NCBI GenBank assembly: GCA_039683575.1
Contig: JBDKRC010000351.1
Span: forward strand, 1-10,562
Source: Armatimonadia bacterium
GTDB taxonomy: Bacteria > Armatimonadota > Zipacnadia > Zipacnadales > UBA11051
DNA: 10,562 bases
Direction of reading: 5' to 3'
Positions 1-7,276 of the stretch are shown piece after piece; position 1 is the first letter of the stretch; every line of letters starts with the position of its first letter. A program made the translations under genes and the position numbers. Below the pieces are notes generated by a model. It did no database searches, was not told where the DNA came from, and saw only the letters and a program-made list of their open reading frames with translations.

Positions 1-118
1 GCGATAATCCCCGACCAACCTACGTCTCCCCTTACCTCTCGGTACGCCTGTACGACCGCTCCCCAAACGACCGCTACGGTCGCCGCGCGATAATCCCCGA
101 CCTTCCTCGCAACCGCGC

Positions 119-206
119 GCGAAATGGGGACTGACCCCATTTTCGCAACCTTCCCCCTCATCTCCTAATAACCATCATGCGAAATTGGGGTCTGTCCACG
201 TTTCGC
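119..206. repeat. Inverted pair of 28-nt palindromic units (GCGAAATGGGGACTGACCCCATTTTCGC type)
   Basis: 119-146 and 179-206 are each self-complementary and match each other at 24/28 in inverted orientation, with a 32-nt spacer. Confidence 0.8.
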
Positions 207-231
207 CTTCTGGCATTCCAACAGCCATCGC

Positions 232-322
232 CCAAAATCGGGGACGGAGCCTTCGCGCGCCACCCACCTTGGGCCAGAACCCGCAACGCAACCGTCGCGC
301 GAAGGCTCCGTCCCCATTTTGG
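232..322. repeat. REPIN/MITE-like inverted repeat, family A copy 1
   Basis: Arms 232-259 (ccaaaatcggggacggagccttcgcgcg) and 296-322 (cgcgcgaaggctccgtccccattttgg) pair fully except for one extra C. The 36-nt spacer lies between them. It sits immediately after the stop codon of the 324..3128 gene. Confidence 0.9.
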
Positions 323-323
323 C

Positions 324-3128
324 TTACCTCCCCGCCTTCCTCCACCAAACCGTCCCCGTCCCCAACAACTCCCCTCCAACCTCCCACTCCTTCACGCCCT
401 TCTCCACCACCTGCCCCGTCGCCGGGTCAATCAAATCCACCTTCTCCGCGAAATCCACCCTCGCCTCCCCCGGCACGATCCGGTGCACCGCCGCCACACC
501 ACATCCCGCATATGTCGCCTGCCCCGCCGTCCCGACTATGGGTGCCCCCGCCTCCACCGCGAGGTTCCGCACCAGTTCCGGCGTAAACCCTCCCGGCGCC
601 GGTATGTACACCACCGTCCCGTCCTTCCCCCGCTTCACCACATGCGCCGGCTTGCCTCCGCTCACAAACGTCGCCAGCGTCGTCGCCGTCGGGTCCTCTG
701 CCACCACCAGCGGGTCCGCATGCGTCCCGCCGTACACCAGCATCTCGGGCACGTCCCGCAGCAGCGCATCACCCTCTCTCCGCACCGCCGCGAGCGGCGC
801 CTTCGCCGGCAGCATCGTCCCCTTCAAGCCTGTCAGCTCCTCAAAGGCCTTCAGCGGCTCCGGATAGTCCAGACTCGCCCCTCCCGGAGGCCCCACGACC
901 ACCAGCGTCCGCCCCGCCCGCCGCGCCTTCGCCTTCAGCGCCGCCATCTGCGCCTTGGTGATGCTGTACGAGCTCAGCAGCATGTACACCTTGTAATCCC
1001 GCAGCTTCGGGTTCGTGATATCCCCCAGCATATGCACGTCATACTGCGCCCCGGACAGGTTCAGCGGCAGGCGCGCCGCATTCGTCGAGCGGTTCAGCAG
1101 GTCATAGTTCTGCTTGCCGACGATGCACCCCACCGCCTCATCCACAAACACCGCCACCTGCGCGTCGGGCGCTGGCGCCTCCGGCCGGTGCGACCACTCC
1201 ATCATCTTCCGCGCCTCGGTGATCGTCGCCCACAGCGGCGGGTCGTCATACCAGATTCCGCCCATGTCGTAGAACCACGCCCCCATCCCTCGCGAACACT
1301 GGGCCGCGATGTCCCGCATTACCTGCGCCCGGAACCCCTCCGCCGTCAGCGTCGCCCCCAGCCCCTCCTCATCATAAATCGGCCCCGCCATCCCCGACAG
1401 GTACGTCCGGTAGTCAATCTCCGCAATGTGCAGCTTCCCGCGCAGCCGGTACGGGCCCCACGACCCCGTCGAGCCGCCAGTCCCGCCCGGCGACCGCCAA
1501 TTCCCATACTCCTGCACCGACACCGCCCCATCAATCTCATCACCGGCCAGCAGGTCCGTCACCGCGAACTTGTTGCTTCCCTGGTCATACACCGCATCGG
1601 GGTAGTAAGTGATCGCGAACGTAGGCCGCCCCACGCTCTCCTTCAGCGCCCGCGCAAACCTCCGCACCGCCCGCGTCGGTGCCACATTGTCAAACCGCAC
1701 CGCATCCACAATCCGCCGCCCCGGCCCCTTGAGCGCCTGGAACAGCCCCGTCGACTCCCGCTCTGCCTCGGTCGGTATCGTCGCCGTCTCAAACGTCACC
1801 TGCGCGTCTCCCCACGCCTCCCGCAGCTTCTCAACCGTCCCATACTCCTCGCGCAGCCACAGCCGGTACCCCCGCAGTTGCCCCGGCGAGTGGTCCAGCG
1901 CCTGCACCGGCCACCCGTTGTTGAAGAACTGCCCATCGCTCCCGCCGCAGATCATCCACCCCGCCACCATCTTCCCTTCCTCATGCGTCCTGACCCACTC
2001 CCCCAGCTTCCTCAGCGCCCCCACAACCGCCTCGCGAGCCGCTGGCGACCCATACGACGGCTCCCAGAACTCCTGCGGCTTCTCCGGAGTCCCAATTCGC
2101 GCCGGGTGACCGTCCGACACCACCCGCTCGCCCTTCTCGTTCGTGTACACGTCCTCCGGATGATCCAGACCCCACTGCCGCGGCAGGTTGACCCGCACCA
2201 GCATGATCACCTGCGCCTCCGGGTCCGCCGACGCCACCTTCCGCAGCATCTTCTGCACAAACCCAAACTCGATGTCCTTCGGGTAGTCCCAGATCAAATT
2301 CTGCGCCACCTGCGGCCCAAGCTGCACCGCCAGCGTCTGCAGATGAAGCCCTGCCTTCCCGAAGCCCCCGAACTTGGTGTTCTCCGGCGACCAGAACGAC
2401 CCGTTATGGATCAGCGGCGCATAGGTCTTCGTCCCCACCACCACCTGCGGCTGCCCGCCGATCATCTTCACGCTCGCCGGCTCAGCCTTCCGCGCCTTGA
2501 GCGTCGCCAGCGCCTTCGCCTCGTCATAGGCCGGCTCGCTCGACTGCACCTTAGCCGGATGCGTCCGCACCGGCACGTCGCTCTTCAGCGCCACATCATC
2601 CAACACCAGCGTCGCCGGGTTCCCCATGATCACAAACCGCAGCACCACTGCCGCCGCCTTGGGCCCCGTCTTCCACCCCGCCCACATCCGCTTCCACTGC
2701 CCCTCCGGCAGATATCCCGGCGTCCAGATATGATGCGGGCTATACCGCACGCCAATGACCTTCCCCTCCGCATCCAACTCCTCATTCACAAAGTAGACCA
2801 TCCCCCCATACTGCCGCTTCACCACCCGCATGAACATCTCGGACTCATAGTAGGTATCCGGCTTCACCGCCACCGGCTCAGCGGTATGCAAAAGCAAAAA
2901 CCCGCGCCCGTTGGTCTTAGCGACCTCCAAAGCGCGGGTCCCACCATGCACCGGAGCCTCCACCAATCGAGTAGTGAAAGTAGCCCCGTCATAGCAATCA
3001 ATCTTCCATCCCACCAGCCCCTCCGCCGTCCCCTCCTCAAAGGACCCATTAACCACCGGCGCCACTGTCTGCGCCAGAGCCAACCCACAAACCAGCACCA
3101 CAACAACCAACACCAGTAGCCTTTGCAT
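324..3128 (-). CDS. Secreted GH42-like (clan GH-A) beta-galactosidase-family protein with N-terminal CBM4/9-like module and C-terminal trimerisation-like domain, 934 aa
   Basis: Long ORF with signal peptide MQRLLVLVVVVLVCGLALAQ. GGAGG on the minus strand at 3141-3145. The 'VNGSFEEG...GW...LVLDDVAL' segment resembles a CBM4/9 beta-sandwich. Segments 'PSYGSPAAR', 'GWMICGGSDGQF', 'LDHSP...YRLWLREEYGTVEKLREAWGD..VTFETATIP', 'GKLHIAEIDYRT', 'GAWFYDMGG.WY' and 'AQVAVFVDE' resemble GH42-like enzymes. Substrate cannot be determined from sequence. Confidence 0.85.
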   Translation of the reverse strand: MQRLLVLVVVVLVCGLALAQTVAPVVNGSFEEGTAEGLVGWKIDCYDGATFTTRLVEAPVHGGTRALEVAKTNGRGFLLLHTAEPVAVKPDTYYESEMFMRVVKRQYGGMVYFVNEELDAEGKVIGVRYSPHHIWTPGYLPEGQWKRMWAGWKTGPKAAAVVLRFVIMGNPATLVLDDVALKSDVPVRTHPAKVQSSEPAYDEAKALATLKARKAEPASVKMIGGQPQVVVGTKTYAPLIHNGSFWSPENTKFGGFGKAGLHLQTLAVQLGPQVAQNLIWDYPKDIEFGFVQKMLRKVASADPEAQVIMLVRVNLPRQWGLDHPEDVYTNEKGERVVSDGHPARIGTPEKPQEFWEPSYGSPAAREAVVGALRKLGEWVRTHEEGKMVAGWMICGGSDGQFFNNGWPVQALDHSPGQLRGYRLWLREEYGTVEKLREAWGDAQVTFETATIPTEAERESTGLFQALKGPGRRIVDAVRFDNVAPTRAVRRFARALKESVGRPTFAITYYPDAVYDQGSNKFAVTDLLAGDEIDGAVSVQEYGNWRSPGGTGGSTGSWGPYRLRGKLHIAEIDYRTYLSGMAGPIYDEEGLGATLTAEGFRAQVMRDIAAQCSRGMGAWFYDMGGIWYDDPPLWATITEARKMMEWSHRPEAPAPDAQVAVFVDEAVGCIVGKQNYDLLNRSTNAARLPLNLSGAQYDVHMLGDITNPKLRDYKVYMLLSSYSITKAQMAALKAKARRAGRTLVVVGPPGGASLDYPEPLKAFEELTGLKGTMLPAKAPLAAVRREGDALLRDVPEMLVYGGTHADPLVVAEDPTATTLATFVSGGKPAHVVKRGKDGTVVYIPAPGGFTPELVRNLAVEAGAPIVGTAGQATYAGCGVAAVHRIVPGEARVDFAEKVDLIDPATGQVVEKGVKEWEVGGELLGTGTVWWRKAGR

Positions 3129-3140
3129 TCCAGTTCACTA

Positions 3141-3145
3141 CCTCC
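3141..3145 (-). promoter_or_regulatory. Shine-Dalgarno site (GGAGG) for the 324..3128 gene
   Basis: cctcc on + reads GGAGG on -, 12 nt before the ATG at 3128. Confidence 0.6.
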
Positions 3146-3225
3146 AGTAAAAACTACACAGCCCCTTCCCCACAAATGCTCCCCCTCCCTCCTGCCACCC
3201 TCACTCCGTTGCTGCCCGCACCCCA

Positions 3226-3249
3226 GTAGGGGCGGACCGTGGTCCGCCC
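3226..3249 (+). repeat. GTAG-tagged REP
   Basis: GTAG followed by GGGCGGACC-GT-GGTCCGCCC, a perfect 9-bp stem. A partial second copy (ccgtggtccgccc) lies at 3360-3372. Confidence 0.85.
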
Positions 3250-3400
3250 AAGCCGTCATCCCCGGTCGTCTCCCCGGAGGGGCCGCGCCGAGACCGTCTT
3301 CGGTCTCACAGCCGGCCCAAGCCGTTATCTCCGATCAACCGGCATGACACCGTCGCCCACCGTGGTCCGCCCGGCCGTTATCACCGACCTCCCTTCGCCC

Positions 3401-3486
3401 AAAATGGGGACGGAGCCTTTGCGCGCCACCTCACCCTCGCCAGAACCCTCTCCTCTTCCTTCGCGCAAAGGCTCCGTCCCCATTTT
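3401..3486. repeat. REPIN/MITE-like inverted repeat, family A copy 2
   Basis: Perfect 25-bp arms at 3401-3425 (aaaatggggacggagcctttgcgcg) and 3462-3486, with a 36-nt spacer. Confidence 0.9.
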
Positions 3487-3655
3487 TGGCACCTCTCCAC
3501 GTATGCCACTCCCCCTCCTCTCTCCTTCTCTCTCCCTCCCCGCCTCTCATCCTTCCCATCCTTGCCTTTATCCTCTTCATCCTGTAAAGCTCTTCCCTCC
3601 TCCTCCCCGCTACCCAAAGGTCCCGCCCCTCCTCCCCTCGAACCATCTCCTCACC

Positions 3656-4522
3656 ATGTCCACCCTTCACCGCCAGGCCAAAGATACCCTCACCGCCGTC
3701 GAACTAGACCACGGAGACACCCTCCTCTTCACCCTCACCTCCGGCCAGACCGTCACCCTACAGCTCCTCTCGACGCACGCTGAAATCACCCGCACCACCC
3801 TCCGCACCCTTCGCGTCGAAGAGGAAGCCGCCCGCACCGACTACCGCTTCCACGCCGACCTCGCCCTAGACGGCGTTGTCCACCGCCTCGAGCGCGAGGT
3901 CTCCACCCAGCAAAGCTTCTACGAGCCTTGGCTCATCGGTGGCCTCCGTATCTGGCTCGACGCCGTCAGCGCCATTTTCGACTTCCTGACCGAGGCCCAC
4001 GGCGACTGCGCCCCACGCAAACACGCGCGCCTCGCCCTCCAACAGGAGAGCCTGCGCCTTTGCCCGGACAAGCTGCACCCCTGGTGCCCGCTACCTGCCG
4101 GGGGCTTGAAAATCGAAAACTGCTACAGGGGGGAAGATTGCTGGCTGGGCGCCTACAACGGCGCCTCAGCCCACGGGGGGCTCGACCTGAATCATCCGCG
4201 CGGCACCCCGCTCTGGGCGCCCCTGGATATCCACGATCACTTCTACTTCAACAGCCTCAAAATGGGGCAGAACAATAACCGCTGGCGGGCCTTTCATCAC
4301 TGGGAAAACGGCGCCACCTGGATACTCCAGGCTCATCACATGACCGCGCTGACGGTCCCCGAACACCAGCCCCTCCGCCGCGGCGAGCAGTTCGCCTCCG
4401 GCGCCGGCGTCCTCTCCGGCGCGGTCGATCACAGCCACTTCGTCTTCAAAATCCAGGACGGCGGCGAGCCGATCCTGCTCGATCCGTGGATTCTCTTCTG
4501 GCAGATGTATCGGGACCAATGA
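3656..4522 (+). CDS. M23-family (LytM/lysostaphin-type) Zn-metallopeptidase-like protein with an uncharacterised N-terminal domain, ~288 aa
   Basis: HxxxD motif 'AHGGLDLNHPRGTPLWAP', then 'QAHHM', 'PLRRGEQFASGAG', HxH motif 'DHSHFVF' and terminal 'LLDPW', in the order typical of M23. Start placed at ATG 3656 (MSTLHRQAKD) because the ORF extension back to 3239 is translated repeat and low-complexity DNA. Confidence 0.8.
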   Translation: MSTLHRQAKDTLTAVELDHGDTLLFTLTSGQTVTLQLLSTHAEITRTTLRTLRVEEEAARTDYRFHADLALDGVVHRLEREVSTQQSFYEPWLIGGLRIWLDAVSAIFDFLTEAHGDCAPRKHARLALQQESLRLCPDKLHPWCPLPAGGLKIENCYRGEDCWLGAYNGASAHGGLDLNHPRGTPLWAPLDIHDHFYFNSLKMGQNNNRWRAFHHWENGATWILQAHHMTALTVPEHQPLRRGEQFASGAGVLSGAVDHSHFVFKIQDGGEPILLDPWILFWQMYRDQ

Positions 4523-4587
4523 CGGCGCCCGCGCGCCGTCATTGGTGTCGTCATGCCGCGCCTCCGCCACCGTCCTGCCCTGTCGCT

Positions 4588-4720
4588 GTAGGGCGGGGGC
4601 TCGTACCCCGCCGGCCGTTATCCCCGATCCACCATCGTCCTCCTGCCGTCGTCGTAGGTGCGCGGGCATCCTGCCCGCAGCCGTTGCCTTTGCCGTTGTG
4701 GGAGGGGCCACTGGCCCCGA
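4588..4720 (+). repeat. Cluster of three different GTAG/GTGG-tagged REP-like hairpins between convergent genes
   Basis: 4588-4612 GTAG-GGCGGGG-gctcgta-CCCCGCC; 4654-4678 GTAGgtgc-GCGGGCA-tcc-TGCCCGC; 4698-4720 GTGGGA-GGGGCCA-c-TGGCCCC-GA. Confidence 0.75.
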
Positions 4721-4725
4721 TGCCG

Positions 4726-4753
4726 TCCCTAATCCCTGACCCCTGACCCCTGC
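4726..4753. repeat. Degenerate heptamer tandem repeat (YCCCTGA)x4 overlapping the 3' end of the 4729..7137 gene
   Basis: tccctaa tccctga cccctga cccctgc. Confidence 0.7.
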
Positions 4754-7137
4754 CCTATCTCCCAATCCACCACCAAATACTGCCGTAGCTCCCCAACCTC
4801 AACACTCGTCCCCTCACACTTCACGCCCGCCTCGCCCTCCGGCACATACACCTTCACCTTCCCCAGGTTCACCCCCGGCACGTTCACCTTCACCCTCAGC
4901 CCCTTCGCGGGCACGCTCCGCTCCTGCGCCTGCTCCTCGAACTCTGGCAGCTCCGGATGAAGCTCCGCCGCGTAGTTGATCAGATGCAGCGTCAGGTGCG
5001 AGCCATTCCGCGTCAGGTTCGCCCCCACGAGCCCCGCGCCCGCGCCCGTAATCTGCAGCATTGGCTGCGGCGACAGGAGCGGCTTGAGTACCGCCAGCAC
5101 CGGCTCCTCGTTCACCGGGTCCGGCACATTCATCGGCCCCACATCCAGCCCGCCCGCCGCCGACATCTTCACCCACCAGCCCTGCTCCAGCATGTTCTCG
5201 ATGCTGTACCCCGCCTCATACGGCGTCCACGTCCCCGGCGCGCCACCCTCAGCCGCGCTCACCGTCTTGCCATCCGGCGTCTGATACCGGTTGCCGAGCA
5301 GGTTCTGCACGATCTGTTTGCGCTCCGGGTCCCACACTCCGAACTTCACGTCCTTGAACCACGCCGTCCCGCCATGTCCGCGAAACAGCATGTGTACATT
5401 CGCGCTCTTGAAGGGCTTGTCAGACTCAATCAGCATCCGCGAGAACTGCCAGTCATGCGTCCCCGTATCAAACGTCGCCACCTGCCCCCACATGTTCCCG
5501 CCGCCCGCATACGTCAGGTCCACATAGAGCGAGTAGTTGCTGTCCCGCCGCCCGTTGACCCTCTCCGCTTTGCTCCAGCCCTCGATGGCCAGTACCTGCG
5601 GCTTGTCCTGGTTAAGGTCCACATTCTGCGAGGCCCCGAGGCTCTTGGTCTCGAAGGCCTTCTGCAGCCAATAATGCGCCTGCCCCTTGCCCAGCGTCTT
5701 CTGCGCCATCGTCCCCTTCACGCCCTCGGGCACCACCGCAAAGGCCGGCCGCGCCGCCCGCTCCTTCCACTCCCCATCCACCGTCGCGACCTCGTCGCCC
5801 GTCACGAGCACCTTGCCGCCACCCTCCACATAGCTCGTAACCGCCTTACACCCTTCATCACTAAGCGCCTTCCCGTCCAGCACCGCCACGCCCTGCAGCC
5901 CCGCCAGGTCCTCCGCCTTTACCTTCACGTCCGAGATGATCCGGTACGGCACATGCGTCTTGGCCAGCGCCTGCGCAAAGGCATAGAGCTGCGTCCGGGA
6001 CGTGCCCTGCAGCAGGTATGACTTCGGCGAAAACAGCAGCCCAATCTCGGCCACTTCCCGCGCGCCCTTCAGCGCCGGCTCCAGGTCTCGCGCCACTCGG
6101 AAGTACGCCTTGGTCAGCTCCTGGTGTTCCTTGAGCAAGTTTCCCGTCCCCGGCCCGCCAAGTCCCAGCCACGACACCGCGCCCTCGCTCACGATCTCCG
6201 CCAGCGTCACCCGCACCCGGTCCGCCGCCATCCGCCCGTGGTGCATCTTCCCCGCCTCGTCGGTCAGCAGGTGATAGGTTACCGACATGGCCACCGGCTC
6301 GCGGTCCGGCCGGCGGGCCAGCACCTGCGACAGCTTCAGCCACGGCACCTGCGTGCTCGCGGGCGGGAACGGCCCCCAGGTCGTCCCCTCGATGCACATC
6401 AGGTCAAAGTGGTCGCCATAGGCCCACTGGTAAGTGCTGCCATTGTCATGGTGCCACGTGCCGTCGGTCGCAAAGTCGGGCTTGACCGCCCGCGCGGCGT
6501 TGCGGATGCCGCCGAGGAACTCCATCACGCACTGAATCCGGAACTCCCGCAGCTTCATCCGCGTCGGCAGATCCGCCGCCGCGCTCGCTGCCTTGAGGTC
6601 CGTCGTCTCCACCCCATGCTTCGGCGCCCAGTCCGCAAACCGCTTCACACAATGCGCGCAAAAGCAGCTCTCATAGTGCGAGGCAAAATCAATATGAGCC
6701 CCGTCATAGTTGTCCTGCGCCATCTTCCGGAAGAGCCCCTGCGAATACTCGATCCAAAGGGGATTGTTGATGCAAGCGGTCCACCCATACTGCCCCACAG
6801 TCGGGAACAAGGGATCAAACGGCCGCGCATACGACCCATCCTCATGCACCGCCGCCATGGACTTGATCCGCTCCTCCGGCATCGAGCGGCTGTCCATGTA
6901 GGTCATGGTGAACCAGGTCCGGGTCTTCAGCCCTGCCGCATGGGCCAACTCGGGCTTGACCCCGGTCACGCAGTTAACCCCATTCCCAGCCCAATCCTTC
7001 AACCCAGCCTCATCCGCTGGCAGCCCACCGATAAACAACTCCCGCACATTACCCGGCTGCCAGAACCCCAACTCAGCCGCCCCCAGACTCCCCACCAATC
7101 CCATCGCCATCAACAAGAGAAAGCCTCTAATCATCAT
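4729..7137 (-). CDS. Secreted putative glycoside hydrolase (TIM-barrel with CxCxxC motif, beta-galactosidase trimerisation-like domain, inserted CBM-like module), ~802 aa
   Basis: Signal peptide MMIRGFLLLMAMGLVGSLGAAE. Start at ATG 7137 (or 7134), preceded by GGAAGG at 7144-7149 on -. The ORF-track start at 7182 lies within a repeat. Motifs 'ACINNPLW', 'YDGAHIDF..CFCAHCVKRF', 'IGLLFS...HVPYRII...YVEGGGKVLVTG' and 'LTLHLINY'. Confidence 0.8.
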   Translation of the reverse strand: MMIRGFLLLMAMGLVGSLGAAELGFWQPGNVRELFIGGLPADEAGLKDWAGNGVNCVTGVKPELAHAAGLKTRTWFTMTYMDSRSMPEERIKSMAAVHEDGSYARPFDPLFPTVGQYGWTACINNPLWIEYSQGLFRKMAQDNYDGAHIDFASHYESCFCAHCVKRFADWAPKHGVETTDLKAASAAADLPTRMKLREFRIQCVMEFLGGIRNAARAVKPDFATDGTWHHDNGSTYQWAYGDHFDLMCIEGTTWGPFPPASTQVPWLKLSQVLARRPDREPVAMSVTYHLLTDEAGKMHHGRMAADRVRVTLAEIVSEGAVSWLGLGGPGTGNLLKEHQELTKAYFRVARDLEPALKGAREVAEIGLLFSPKSYLLQGTSRTQLYAFAQALAKTHVPYRIISDVKVKAEDLAGLQGVAVLDGKALSDEGCKAVTSYVEGGGKVLVTGDEVATVDGEWKERAARPAFAVVPEGVKGTMAQKTLGKGQAHYWLQKAFETKSLGASQNVDLNQDKPQVLAIEGWSKAERVNGRRDSNYSLYVDLTYAGGGNMWGQVATFDTGTHDWQFSRMLIESDKPFKSANVHMLFRGHGGTAWFKDVKFGVWDPERKQIVQNLLGNRYQTPDGKTVSAAEGGAPGTWTPYEAGYSIENMLEQGWWVKMSAAGGLDVGPMNVPDPVNEEPVLAVLKPLLSPQPMLQITGAGAGLVGANLTRNGSHLTLHLINYAAELHPELPEFEEQAQERSVPAKGLRVKVNVPGVNLGKVKVYVPEGEAGVKCEGTSVEVGELRQYLVVDWEIGQGSGVRD

Positions 7138-7175
7138 AATCCACCTTCCATAATCCACGCCGGCCCGACACCCAT

Positions 7176-7251
7176 CGCCCAAAACGGGGACGGAGCCTTC
7201 GCGCCGAGCAAACCAACAAGTTTGTCATGCTGAACGAAGTGAAGCATCTCC
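7176..7251. repeat. 76-nt composite unit (single family A arm + linker + GTCATGCTGAAC palindrome), copy 1
   Basis: 72/76 identical to 10308-10383. Confidence 0.9.
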
Positions 7252-7276
7252 CCTGCTGCACCAACACGTGCTCGCC

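Noticed and set aside
232-322. Rho-independent terminator for the 324..3128 gene
   Set aside because: Position fits, but the T-run is part of the stem arm and the same element occurs in the divergent gap at 3401-3486, so it is better described as a repeat. A termination or stabilising role is not excluded.
177-3119. 980-aa + strand ORF
   Set aside because: Antisense shadow of the 324..3128 gene. It is R/P/H/L-rich with no recognisable motifs, as expected from high-GC codon bias.
3239-3655. N-terminal extension of the 427-aa ORF
   Set aside because: It translates REP elements and a polypyrimidine tract into P/S/L-rich low-complexity sequence. Protein-like sequence begins at ATG 3656.
3129-3655. 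Sigma-70 promoters for the divergent genes
   Set aside because: No convincing -35/-10 pair could be identified by eye.
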